In this document: in pieces, positions 13,536 to 26,365 of the stretch
How positions within the stretch are numbered: position 1 is the stretch's first letter
Layout of the letters: each line of letters begins with the position of its first letter
Source: Octopus vulgaris
Taxonomy: Eukaryota
Assembly: GCA_951406725.2 (NCBI GenBank)
Contig: OX597819.1
Location: 87,544,001-87,608,000, forward strand
Direction: 5' to 3'
DNA length: 64,000 nt
Program-made: the position numbers and the translations under genes
Notes under the pieces: model-generated
What the model was told of the DNA's origin: nothing
Database searches by the model: none
What the model saw: the letters and a program-made list of their open reading frames with translations, nothing else

Positions 13536-15159
13536 GCCAAAACTGGAGGTGGCAGATTGAATAAAAAAAAATTCATCACCTCCGAAAAAGCAAAGTGACA
13601 AGTAAAGTGGAACCTGGCGGGATTTGAACTCATAATTCAAAGAAACAATTTAATACGGCAACCGTTTTTGCTACCCGTCACCGTCTAGGGTACTTTTTCA
13701 TCAAGGTCATAAAAATAGGGTCCACTTTATTACTTGTTTGGAACACTACAGAGTGTGTGAACGACATATAGATATAAATGCTACAATATATGTATATATA
13801 TATTTGTTGTCGAGTATGTATGAGAAATACTTTTTCTTTAAATAAATATTCATTTTTGTATACAAATTACGAATATATGTATGTTAATGTGTAAATAACA
13901 TATTGGGGTGTGATTAAAACTTTAAGCAGATTTTTACGTTGACAAAGTTACAATTATTCATAAACACCGAGCATAATATTACACAAATCATAAATTCTCT
14001 GTAACAATTTCATGTATGAATAAATAATAACAGCTATATATATATATATACTAAGATAAAATGTATTTTGGTGACGTAAAACTTTGAGGGACACCTTTCA
14101 AGGTTTTCTCATCTTTTTATCACAACCAGCAAAAAGTGACAAAAAAAATTAAACCGAGAACTGATCGTTATTTTCTTAAAGAAGGAAAGAAGAAAACACG
14201 AAAGAAAGGGAGAAAAACGCCAGGTTAAAACTAATAAATATACTCCTATATTCATGAAAAGATTGAAAACACGAACAGCCTCTTTAATATACTATTTTTT
14301 CGTTCATTATAGGGCAACATGATGAATTTTTGACAGTGGTGGTGGGAGAAAAACAACTAAAAACTTGAAAGTTGTCACTAGAAATATTACGCTAAAAAAC
14401 AAAAACACACACACATATATACATACGTATATATATATATATACGTGAATGTGTATGAAAATTACCTTCAGTTAAATTTGCCGGGTTAACTGGATGTTTC
14501 CGAAGCCCTTCCGCTTCTAATCCGAAAATTAAGCAAAGACGACCAAGTGTATGTATGCACGCTCACGTACATACTCAGTGACGTTACTTTACCTGTTGCA
14601 GCTCCTGCTGATAACTATTGCTTCTGCTGCTGCTGCTGAATGATATGGCAATAGGCGATACACTAATTAAAGCTTCAGTGAAACGAATAAAACGTATCTA
14701 GCGACAACACCTGTATAGAGAGCGTTGTGGTAGTGGGGGCAGATAATAATAAAATTAAAAAGTTGTGAACGTCCCGAGTTCTCCGCTCCCTGGTATTTGT
14801 TCATTTGCTTATTTAACCAAGGCGGCATTTCTTTCCGATTTTCGGAGTGTCACATAAAATGAAAGAAATAAAAAAAAAAGTATTAATTATATAAGAATGA
14901 ACGAATTATAAATTATGTGAATGAACAAATTATTATTATTATTACTCCTACACACATGTATCATACATATTTATATGTATATGATTCAGCTTAAATAGTT
15001 TTAATCTTCTTTCTTCTTGTTTCACTAGTCGTCCGAAGAATCTTATATAACGAGACACTATAACGAGCAACTAATAAACTGTATTGAGTTTGTTTGCTCA
15101 GCACTTTTTCTTCCACCTGTACAGCAAACACATTCTAGTATACATACATACTTAAAAGG

Positions 15160-15203
<44 letters not shown>

Positions 15204-15205
<2 letters not shown>

Positions 15206-15609
15206 TCTTTTATTTGTTTCAATAATTTGACTGCGACCATGCTGGAGCACCGCCTTTAGTCGAGCAAATCGACCCCAGGACTTATTCTTTGTAAGCCTAG
15301 TACTTATTCTATCGGTTTCTTCTGCCGAACCGCTAAGTTTCGGGGACGTAAACACACCAGCATCGGTTGTCAAGCGTTGTTGGGAGGACAAACACAGACA
15401 CACAAACATACACACACACATATACATATATATATATACATATATACGACGGGATTCTTTCAGTTTCCGTCTACCAAATCCACTCACAAGGCTTTGGTCG
15501 GCCCCAGGCTATAGTAGAAGACACTTGCCCAAGGCGCCACGCAGTGGGACTGAACCCAGAACCATGTGGTTGGTAAGCAAGCTACTTACCACACAGTCAT
15601 TCCAGCGCC
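15204..15609 (-). mobile_element. SINE family B, near-full-length young copy
   Basis: Close reverse complement of 60067-60478; a partial second copy follows at ~15625-15810. Confidence 0.92.
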
Positions 15610-15825
15610 TATATATATTCTTTTATTCTGTTGTTTCAGTCATTGGACTGCGGCCATCCTGGAGCACTGTCATTGGTGGAACAAATCAACCGCAGGACTT
15701 TATCGGACTGTTTTTGCCGAATCGCTAGTTACGAGGACGTAAACACAATAACATCGGTTGTCGAGCGATGATGGGGCTACAAACACAGGCACACAAATAC
15801 ATACATATATGTGTGTGTGTATGCA

Positions 15826-15901
<76 letters not shown>

Positions 15902-16127
15902 AGTGTACAGTATTATATATCCATTACAGCCGATCTTACCAATCGGTTTAGTACTAGGGGTTCAACAGTCTTAAGTAACAGTCCGATTTTTTTTTAATTA
16001 ACTGTTTTTAATTTACAGTTCTCCTTGTTATAATTTAAGACACCACGGCCAGGGGACCGTGAAGTCTTGTATGAAACAAATGAAGAACAGAACCTTTTAT
16101 TTTGAAAAGAAGAAAGAAAAAGGGAAA

Positions 16128-16176
<49 letters not shown>

Positions 16177-16178
<2 letters not shown>

Positions 16179-16778
16179 GCCCTGATGCAGTACCATGCCT
16201 CGATGCAGTACCATGCCTCGATGCAGTACCAGACAGTGGCTCTCGTGGCTTCTGATCTTAACTGATTGGAAGTGTTATCGTGTACATTGTTTTGTCTTGG
16301 TAAAAAAAAAAAAGATGGTCTGCAGCAAATATTCTGCTCAATACCACAGATTTGCTTGTCAGTTGCTTGAGCTTAACCAGTTGAGCATGTCCCTTAGTGG
16401 CTGACGATATGTGCATCTCTGATCACGAGCAGAAGAAGTGGGGGAGCATCATAGCCGTGTGCTGAAAGGAATTCTTAGAGGTTTGGATAATTCACCTTTG
16501 GAAACGTGGGTGGTTCGTTCAGCATCCTTAAACATTCCTTATTCAGGGACCCTTTAAGCGGGATGGGCTACTCGACCAGAAGGAAATTCTAAGTGGGGCC
16601 CACCTGCAAGGTCATGCGCTGTTTATCTTGATATGAGATCACCATGTCGCGCATATATGGTAGTGTTGCATGTGTCTGGTGTACCCTTATCAGGCGGGTA
16701 ATCATGATGGATGTACTAGGCTTCGTATATTTTACCCCAGTGTCACTTTGATGGCATGCACTGCTCTCTCTCACTCAA
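16177..16778. mobile_element. ~600-bp insert of unknown class bracketed by (AAT)n/(ACT)n
   Basis: Compositionally distinct block between trinucleotide runs, with an internal 18-bp unit gatgcagtaccatgcctc x2.7. Recalled as an abundant Octopus repeat but single-copy here. Confidence 0.45.
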
Positions 16779-16826
16779 AAATACTACTACTACTACTATT
16801 ACTACTACTACTACTACTACTACTAC

Positions 16827-16872
<46 letters not shown>

Positions 16873-16987
16873 CATGACATATATGTGTGTGTGTGTGTAT
16901 GATATAACATGATATAATATAGTATAATAATATATGTAATATAATATAATGTAATATATATATATATATACATACATACATATATAT

Positions 16988-17362
16988 ACTCTTTTACTCT
17001 TTTACTTGTGTCAGTCATTTGACTGCGGCCATGCTGGAGCACCGCCTTTAGTCGAGCAAATCGACCCCAGTACTCATTCCTTATAAGCCTAGCACCCATT
17101 CCATCGGTCTCCTCCGCCGAACCGCCAAGTTACGGGGACGTAAAATACACCAGCATCGGTTGTGAAGCGATGTTGGGGGACAAACACAGACGCACAAACA
17201 CATACACACACATACATATATATACATACGACGGGCTTCTTTCAGTTTCCGTCTACCAAATTCATTCTCAAGGCTTTGGATGGTCCGAGGTTACAGTTGA
17301 AGGCACTCGCCCCAGGTGCTGCTCAGTGAAAATGAACTCATAACCACATGGTTGCAAAGTGA
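16988..17362 (-). mobile_element. SINE family B
   Basis: Reverse complement of the family B body and tail. Confidence 0.88.
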
Positions 17363-17390
17363 GGTTTCTATCAAAATGTGCGCTCACACA

Positions 17391-17441
<51 letters not shown>

Positions 17442-17711
17442 CACACACACACACACACACAAATATATTAATATAATTCTTTTTTGGTACTGGATATCGA
17501 AGTACATATAAAGCTATAAATAATAGCATGGAAATGTTGGGCTGAGAACGTCGCTACGTTCCGAGTTGAAATTCAGCCGAGGTTGGCTTTACCTTTCATC
17601 CTTTCGGAATCAATAAAATAAGTACCAATTGAACACTGGGGTCGATGTAATCGACTCATCCTCTCCTCCAAAATTGTTACCCTTGTGGCAAAATTTGAAA
17701 TCATAATTATA

Positions 17712-17761
<50 letters not shown>

Positions 17762-17767
17762 ATGAAG

Positions 17768-18170
17768 GCGGTGAGCTGGTAGAATCGTTAGCACGCTGGA
17801 CGAAATGCTTAGCGGTATTTCGTCTGCCGTTACGTTCTGAGTTCAAATTCCGCTGAGGTCGACTTTGCCTTTCATCCTTTCGGGGTCGATAAATTAAGTA
17901 CTAGTTACGCACTGGAGTCGATGTAATCGACTTAATCCGTTTATCTGTCCTTGTTTGTCCCCTCTGTGTTTAGCCCCTTGTGGGTAATAAAGAAATAGGT
18001 ATTTCGTCTGCCGCTACGTTCTGAGTTCAAATTCCACCGAGATCGACTTTTCTTTTCATCTATTCAGAGTCGATAAATTAAGTACCAGCGAAACAATGGT
18101 ATCGATGTAATCGACTAGTCCTCTACCCCATAATTTCAGGCTTTGGGCCTTTTGTAGAAAGGATTATTAT
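17768..18170 (+). mobile_element. SINE family A dimer
   Basis: Full unit with tail ttgtcccctctgtgtttagccccttgtgggtaataaagaaata joined to a second unit starting ggtatttcgtc. A partial monomer precedes it at 17545-17700. Confidence 0.9.
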
Positions 18171-18173
18171 GAT

Positions 18174-18212
<39 letters not shown>

Positions 18213-18214
<2 letters not shown>

Positions 18215-19330
18215 GGGTCTTTCAAAAATGTTATATCATTTGAGATGTAAATATCACAGAAAATACATAGTCAAAGCAAATGAAACTAAACAGGCTTAAC
18301 ATTGAGCAACATAAGATTTATTCCTCCACACTTGAATGAGAAATTCAAAGATATGTGGATTCTGTGAACGATTCCACAAATGTTCAATATGCGCACCGCC
18401 TGAAACACAGCGCACGTCAAGTCGGTAGTCCAGCTCCACCCAAACACGCTGCGGCATGTCTTGGGTAACAGTCTCCAGTGCGGTAGTGATTCGCTGCTCG
18501 AGTTCCTCTAGGTTTGCAGGATGATGGAGGACATAGACCAGGCCCTTCACATAGCACCAGAGAAAAACAATCGCAAAGAGTCAGCTCACGTGAACGTGGC
18601 GGCCATTTCAACAGCACATTGTCTTCATTACCAGCACGCCCGACCCATCACCCTCGCAGATTATCATTGAGATAAGCCCGTACAGTGAGCTTCCAGTGAG
18701 GTGGGGCTCCGTCCTGTTGAAAAATGAAGTGTTCATGTTCATTTGCAATGAGCTCATCCATTAGCCAGTTCTGAGGCATTTGCAGATAAACATCGCCGGT
18801 CACATTTCCCTCAAAGAAAAACGGGCCATGAAGATGCTTCTTGGAGATCGCGCAGAATACATTCACTTTTGGTGAGTCCCTCTCATGCTCAACTGTGTCA
18901 TGGGGATTTTCTTTGCCCCAAATGCGAACATTATGCTTATTGACTTTGCCATTTGTATGAAATGTGGCCTCATCACTGAAAATAAGACGTTCCTTGAACT
19001 CGGCTTCTTCAAGTTTCTCTTGTATATCAACACAGAATTGTTTGCGCTTTCCCTTGTCATCTGCCGTTATGGCCTAAACGAGCTGCAGTTGGAGGAATCT
19101 GGGTTTCCAGACTTGTTCGTTTTATGAACTTCTTGTGGCTTCGCAAGAGATTTTGATGAACCCGCTCAACCGTCCCTTCTGATGTTGGTGGTCGTCCAGA
19201 TCCTTTTGCCCTGCATAGACAGCCTTTCTCTTTGAATTTTTTTTTTTGTGCCATGCCCAAATCAGCATTGCCGTTGATGACTTTTTGGAGAACTCTCTCA
19301 CAAATGCACGCTGCACAGTCTTGTTCAAAC
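18213..19330 (-). pseudogene. Tc1/mariner-superfamily transposase pseudogene, rosa/DD41D-like group, 5'-truncated
   Basis: Fragments TVQRAFVREF...GSGRP, FSDEATFH.NGKVNKHNVRIWG, VNVFCAIS...GPFFFEG, FQQDGAPPH, WPPRSRELTLCD, GGAHIEHL, with stops and frameshifts. One end CAGGGTCTTTCAAAAA next to (TA)n; the other TIR was not found. Confidence 0.9.
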
Positions 19331-19552
19331 TTAGGAGATGCAGAACTCTTTACAAAAGGCCGAAATTATGTTGCTCATTTAGCTTCTGGCAAAACATTTA
19401 TTAGCTTTCTGCTATCAACATTTCCAAAAAGTGTGATTAGTTTTATACAAGCCTTCACCACCGAAAACAAGTTCTTTGTCTGGTTAGTCTAATAGCTACA
19501 GTATTGGCTGTTGGACCAACATACATCGAAGTTGAGGGAATAGTCCATTATA

Positions 19553-19606
<54 letters not shown>

Positions 19607-19609
<3 letters not shown>

Positions 19610-19826
19610 GAGGGAGTGCCGAAAAGTTCCTAGTTTTAAGGGTGACGTGAAAGGCCTGGTTGGAGGGCTCAACCTTCCGAGTTCTTTTACAGGCTTAGAG
19701 AAACTGAAGGACTGCTGAGTAAGTGTGTGAATCTGAGAGGGGAATATCTTGAATAAAATCATAATTAACTGATCCTCCTGTATTTTCTTTTATCCAAAGC
19801 CAGGAACTTTTCAGCACCCCGTCGTA
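19607..19826 (+). mobile_element. Mariner-derived MITE inside a microsatellite
   Basis: TA-flanked TIRs; same family as 1389 and 42061; flanked by (TG)n and (TATG)n. Confidence 0.88.
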
Positions 19827-20078
19827 TGTATGTATGTATGTATGTATGTATGTATGTATGTATGTATGTATGTATGTATGTATGTGTGTATGTATGTGTG
19901 TGTATGCATGTATGTATGTATGTATGTATGTATGTATGTATGTGTGTGTGTATATGTATGTATGTATGTATGTATGTGTGCGTGCGTGCGTGCGTGTATG
20001 TATGTATGTATGTATGTATGTATGTATGCGTGCATGAATGTATGCATGCATGCATGCATGCATGTATGTATGTATGTA
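19825..20078. repeat. Compound (TATG)n/(TGCG)n/(TGCA)n microsatellite
   Basis: Direct reading; source of the MYVC/HTYI ORFs. Confidence 0.97.
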
Positions 20079-20649
20079 GCAGGTAAGATGTCAAAAATGG
20101 CGTATGATACAGACAATAGGTGCAATACCTAAAATCTAATGTCAAACGAAGGATATGGAATCGGTTGGCTACAGGTAAGGTATCGGTTTAGCTAATGAAA
20201 GCATAATAAACATTTTTTAATGGACAGGTAGTTACCAAGATATCATATCATTTAAACATAGTTTTAGAAATTGGTATGAAAATTTACAGATTTAACAGAA
20301 TAACTGGAGAATCATGAGAGCAAAAATTTGACGGTTATTCCTCGTAGAAGGATATAAATTCTGGAAGTTCATACTGTATTGTCATTGATGAAACAGAAGA
20401 GAATTTGGGTAGTGCCTCGTATTTTGTAGATTGATAAAAGAGAGAGAGAGGGGGGAGACAGAGAGAGAGAGACGGGCAGACAGATAGACAGACAGAGACA
20501 GAGAGAGAGAAAGAGAGAAAGTAGGTAGGTATGTAGGGAAGGTAGGAATATTGATAAATAAAAAATAGACAGACAGACAGGCTGATAGATCGACAGACAG
20601 AAGACAGGTAGACTGATAGATTAACATACAGACAGACAGACAGACAGAC

Positions 20650-20691
<42 letters not shown>

Positions 20692-20766
20692 ACACACACA
20701 TACGTGCGTGCACGCGCTCTCTCACACACGCACGCACACACTCATACACACACACCTTAAAATAAT

Positions 20767-21179
20767 CTATTCTCCTCAAGGCACAAGGCCAGAATTTTTT
20801 TTTTTTTTTTTTTGTGGGAGTAGAGTTAGTTGATTAAATCGACTCCAGTACGCAACTGGTACTTAATTTATCGACCCCGAAAGGATGAAAGGCAATGTCG
20901 ACCTCGGCGGAATTTGAACTCAGAACATAAAGACAGACGAAATATCTGTTTCTTTACTACCCACAAGGGGCTAAACACAGAGAGGACAAACAAGGAAAGA
21001 CAAACGGATTAAGTCGATTATATCGACCCCAGTGCGTAACTGCTACTTATTTAATTGACCCCGAAAGGATCAAAGGCAAAGTCGACCTCGTCGGAATTTG
21101 AACTCAGAACGTTACAGCAGACGAAATACGGCTACGCATTTCGCCCGGCGTGCTAACGATTCTGCCAGCTCGCCGCCTT
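20767..21179 (-). mobile_element. SINE family A dimer with 17-bp TSD
   Basis: ACACACCTTAAAATAAT at 20750-20766 and 21180-21196; dimer junction near 20940. Confidence 0.92.
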
Positions 21180-21368
21180 ACACACCTTAAAATAATGAGT
21201 GGAACAACATTCAGTTTATTTCGTTCGAAGATACGTCAAGACTATTTAACAAGCAAATAGCGCGGAACAAGAGGATAGGTGTGGGGACAAAGGTGCTGGT
21301 GGTGATGCAGAAGTGATGATGTTGGTATACAATACATAGCAAAATGTGATTATTACGGCAATAAATAC

Positions 21369-21434
<66 letters not shown>

Positions 21435-21893
21435 AGCAGTGCTGTTGATATTGCTGGTTATGAGTGTAGTGATGGCAGTGTTGATGGTAAAGATGATGTT
21501 CACGGTAAACCTAGTGCTGTGAAAGTGGTGGCGGTGGCGGTGGCGGTGGTGGTGGTTGTGGTCGTCGTCGCCGTCGTTGTCGTTGTCGTGGTGGTTGCGG
21601 TGGTAGTGAAGTGACGGTGGTGAAGACAGGAGTCGATGGTGACAATGGTCAATGTGATGCTGGTGATGGAGATTATAGACAGTAGTGAAGCTTTCTCTAG
21701 CCAGGACATAGGAGGAAAAGTGAGTTAGGCCATTTCTAGGGACAAGGCAATCAGGCAAGTACATAAAAAGCAAACACATACAGACACGAACACTGACCTC
21801 CACCCCGCACACACACGCTTAAATGATGGGGATGGTAATGTTGATGGTGATGTTGGATATATGTGTGTGTATACGTATATGTCTGTATCTTTC

Positions 21894-21940
<47 letters not shown>

Positions 21941-22414
21941 ATTTAAGAATGGTCATTTTGCCAGTTTAGCCAATAAAAACACACGCACTATATATTTGGT
22001 GTTAATTTGCTTCAGTGTTATTTATCTTTTTACATTAATCTTAATCTTATTTCGACCAGAGTTCTTTCGTCACACTTCTGTGACCTCATTAGTGGTCGTT
22101 TGCTTTCTTCCTTCTTATTTGTGTGTCTCTCCTTACTAACGGTCAGCCATTTTGTATTTTGTATTCCTATTGTATACAACGAAAAAAAGACCGTCGAATG
22201 TATATATGTATATGTTTATGTGTGTGAGTGTCTGAGTTTGCTCCCTCCCCCATCATCGGTTAAAAACCGATGTTGGTGTGTTTACATCCATGTAACTTGG
22301 CAATTCGAAAATAGAGACCAATAAAATAAGTACTAGACTTACAAAGAATAAGTTCAGGGATCGATTTGTTCGACTAAAAACTCTCCAAGTCAGACTACAA
22401 ACTCTCAAAGATAA

Positions 22415-22622
22415 TTGAGCTGGGTGAATCGTTAGCACGCCGGGCAAAATGTTTAGCGGCATTTCGTCTGTCTTTACGTTCTGAGTTCAAATGCTGCCGG
22501 GGTCGAATTTGCCTTTTATCTTTTCGGCGCCGGGAAAATAAGTACCAATCGAGTACTGGGCTCGATGTAATCGATTTGTTCCCTCCCACCAAAATTTCTG
22601 GGGTTGTGCCTCCAGTAGAAAG
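22415..22622 (+). mobile_element. SINE family A monomer abutting a family B 3' half (22200-22390)
   Basis: Consensus match; ends ttgtgcctccagtagaaaga then (TA)n. Confidence 0.85.
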
Positions 22623-23161
22623 ATATATATATATATATATATATACATATACATATGTATATATATTCCTCTCTACAGGAGGCATATGTGTACATGTGTA
22701 TGGTTACATATATATGTGCACATATAGGTGTTTGTGTGTTTGTGTGTATATGTATGTGTTTCACGCGAGTGTGAGTGAGCATATGCATATAGGCACATGT
22801 ACGTGGGAGTATGTGTATGTATATACATGCGCTCATACGCGAATTCTATGACCGTTTTTTACTGTCTCCCTTTCGGGTTTTCCATTTATTTAGCGGTCAT
22901 TCTTATAGCAATTTTGTTTGTCTTAATAAAGGTCATCTTCATAGTAATTTCCCTTTTTTTAATGGTCATTTTCATAGCATTTTTGTTTGTCGCAATAACT
23001 GACGGGATGCCGGAGCAGATTTCCACCCTGACATTCGAAACTCAGAGTTTTATTACGGCAACCGAATAATTGTCACATATTACATTACAGATAAATTCCT
23101 CTATTTACATAATATCGAGGTCTCATTCATTCTTTTGTTGTCATACTATTACTATTAATGT

Positions 23162-23227
<66 letters not shown>

Positions 23228-23351
23228 ACATATATATATATGCATACAAACGAGCACACAATGCTTGTTACAGATCTGTCTGCTTGTCTATCTTTCAATC
23301 TATACATCATGATTGATAGATAAATAGACAGCTAGCTAGCTAGCTAGCTAA

Positions 23352-23418
<67 letters not shown>

Positions 23419-23419
<1 letters not shown>

Positions 23420-23670
23420 CTTTATTAGCCTCACAGGGCCGAACACAGAGGGGGAAAAATATAATGTAGAGCTTTTCTTTCCGAAAGAAAAAAAACCAGA
23501 AAACAAGGAGGAAAAAATAAATTTCCGATCAAAAGGGATCGTGTGAAAAAAAAAGCGATCAAAAAGGGATCGTGTGTCACAGAAAAGAGTAAAAATGTAA
23601 AAAAAAAAAACAGATTAGGTTTATCCGCGGAAAGAAAAGCCTACGAAAAAGACCACGGTAACCTCAGGAA
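23419..23670 (-). mobile_element. 3' UTR of a Tx1/L1-like LINE, ending at a (GATA)n run
   Basis: Minus strand ends ccccctctgtgttcggccctgtgaggctAATAAAg, matching the 3' end of the LINE at 53994. Confidence 0.6.
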
Positions 23671-24000
23671 AGGGAGGGAAAAACACGTGAGAGCAAAGTG
23701 CTCTCTTTCTCTCTCTCTCTCTCTGTCTTTTCGATTTACAGGATCATGCTCAAAGTGGTTTCGTTATTCGCACGTAGTATCTTTGCTACATTCACCAACC
23801 TTTTATAGAATCTTTCACGAGACATGTTCGTCTTTTTTAAACATTGTCTTGCAAGCAAGCAGTTCTTCCTTCGAAAAGGACATAATTCTTTTCTTCAGCT
23901 TTAAAGCTGCGGCAAAATTGCTTTGAGTGTTTGCGTTGGTTGTGGTGGTGATGGCGGTAGTGGTGGTGGCAGTGGTGGAAGCAGTGTTTGTAGTAGTAAG

Positions 24001-24373
24001 AGAGCTTGAGAGGCGGTTGGATGGAACCTACACTCGCCTCCTTATGAGAGCTCAAAATCTCTCGTGGAAGCGCCATCCAACCAAAATGCAAATATATGGG
24101 AAACTACCACCTGTGTCATCTCTTGTGAAAGATAGGAGAGTCCAGTTTGCTGGGCATTGTTGTAGAGCTGAAAAAGAGGTAATTTCTACTCTTCTCCTCT
24201 GGAAGCCATCTACTCGCAATACCAGAGGGCGCACACTCACCTACCCTGATGTAATCTCCAGGGATACAGGCATCCAGCAACAGGACCTCCGTAATGCCAT
24301 GATGGACTGTGAAGTCTGGCGTAGCATGGTAAATTCCATTGTCTCGACCACGGTCGAACAATGATGATGATGA
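24001..24373 (+). mobile_element. 5'-truncated RTE-clade (RTE-X-like) LINE, recent insertion
   Basis: Uninterrupted frame ELERRLDGTYTRLLMRAQNLSWKRHPT...RRVQFAGHCCR...LLLWKP...AMMDCEVWR, (TGA)n tail, 12-bp TSD TGTAGTAGTAAG at 23989-24000 and 24374-24385. Confidence 0.92.
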
Positions 24374-24662
24374 TGTAGTAGTAAGCGTTGTCTTTACTTC
24401 TACGGCCAGACTGGCGATTTTTCTTGTGCGTTCAAGCGGAACGACTTTCTTTTCAGCTTCCCTCACCTCTGACTTTGGTCGATGGCTTCCTGGTTTGATT
24501 TAGCCATTTTCGTTTAGAAGATGGCAAAGAAAACCGAAGAAAATTTTTTTTTTAATTATGGAAATTCATCCACTGTAGGGGAATTTCCTATTAAAAGATT
24601 TACTGAGGTTGAAGATGAAGATCTTAAGCAACTCTTTCACAAAAGATATTCAACAAACAAAC

Positions 24663-24741
<79 letters not shown>

Positions 24742-25298
24742 AAGACAGGTAGATAGATAGATAGATGTGTGTATATTCAAGTATCCCTAATCGTGTTATA
24801 TTTAACAGTATAAACCGAAGATGTACAATATAAGTTATTGAGCCGTTTAGTAAACAGATCACGTCATTTCGGTTATTGTCACAGTTTTCGTATTTTTCAG
24901 TTTCGTTCCAATGTCTTTCAAATTTGATTATGCCGATTTAGCTGTGTATGCTTATTGTGAAAATAAAATTCATTACTGCCACAGATTAATAACGCCCAAA
25001 TTAATAGCTTTGGAATTTTTGCAAATTTTGTGTAATTTTAGACAATCGTAAGTCACCATTATACACGTGACTGTAAATTTCCCATTGATGTACGAATCCA
25101 TAGTAGCAAGTAAAACTATAATCTGCTCGGTTTTCATTGTAACAAGGACGCTGTGTTGCGCGACTTTGACACTTTCACCACCACAAACATTGCACGTTTT
25201 GACGAGTAGCATCATTTTATGCATTTGTTATTTCTGTCTGATATTTTGTGAGAGACAGCTATCAAGTAGAAAGTACATGGCTTCCTATTCCTGTTTTC

Positions 25299-25734
25299 GG
25301 ATCTTTTCGGTTTGAACGGCAGTTTTTCTAGCGGTGTCATATGAAATTGTCACCCATAATTATGACCCTAGTATCGATCTAAAGCATTTCAATCTGTTTT
25401 AGGGTTAGGGTTAGTTAGGGTTAGTTAGGGTTAGGGGTGGGAGGAAGGGTATCCTTATTTTCTTCACAAATGTAAATAAACCCAATCTGTTTTATAAACG
25501 AGGGACATATTCATACTGCACAGAATGTTTTTTTACCTCAATAGACGTCAGTGATAGGTTGAAATTGCAGAAATTGAAGAAAAAACAACAAATATCTTAC
25601 AAACTATAGAATTTTCTCAATAAAGCCAAGAGAAAAAGATGTTTCATAAACACATTCTACCAGTATACGAAGTTTAAAATTTTTTAGTTACCTAGAAATT
25701 ATGTTAAAAACTGCCCTTCAAACCGAAAAGATCC
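25299..25734. mobile_element. 436-bp MITE with internal TTAGGG repeats (Merlin-like)
   Basis: 29-bp TIR GGATCTTTTCGGTTTGAA(C/G)GGCAGTTTTT with 1 mismatch. Exact 8-bp TSD CTGTTTTC at 25291-25298 and 25735-25742. TTAGGG/TTAG array at 25399-25437. Confidence 0.92.
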
Positions 25735-26365
25735 CTGTTTTCTAATCAGATTAAAACTTATCAAACTTTGCACCTCTGTAACATTTCCCTAAATTTTTCT
25801 GGGAATAAATGAATTTCAAATTCAGATTCAGCGTTAAAAATTCCATCGAAATACCAAATTTTGAAATTTTCACCTAATTTTTCAAATTTTCAAATCTGTG
25901 ACATCGAGCGAAAAGATTCAAGAGATCAATAAAAAAAAATGTACCAGACTGATATAAAGTACACTTGAAGGCGTTGTCCCACTAAGTATACAGAAAAATC
26001 ACAGACAGCAGGAAACGAAATTATGTCTATTTGTATGTATTTATGAGAATATATGCTTTTTACCCTTTTTATTATGTTTCTATGTAATCGTGTGAGAAAA
26101 ATATAAGACAAGAATAAATAACCAAAGAAAGGAAAGAAGAAAGACGGAAAGAAATCGAAGAAAGGAGAACAAAGGAATATAAGTAAGCGGAAGTTAATAA
26201 ATAAATAAATGCGAGAGAAAAAAAGACAGAAAAATAAAAAAAAAAAAGATGAAGGGAAGAAACTTATTCATTTAGTATCAAAAGATGATATAACTTCGTA
26301 AGTTTGTGAATTAAAAGTGCGCCCAAACTCAATAAAGAAGAAAAGAAAACAATGTATTACATATA

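Noticed and set aside
19695-20145. HTYI/MYVC repeat ORFs (also 39374-39958, 48165-48479, 52355-53026)
   Set aside because: Tetranucleotide and dinucleotide microsatellites.
21246-21812. His/Ile/Thr-rich ORFs
   Set aside because: (GAT)n/(GGT)n trinucleotide low-complexity region.
22797-23069. Hydrophobic 90-aa ORF resembling a membrane protein
   Set aside because: The hydrophobic part derives from three T-rich ggtcat..atag tandem units plus a TG microsatellite; no splice or homology support.
25399-25437. Telomere or chromosome-fusion scar
   Set aside because: Short and enclosed in a MITE with TIR and TSD.
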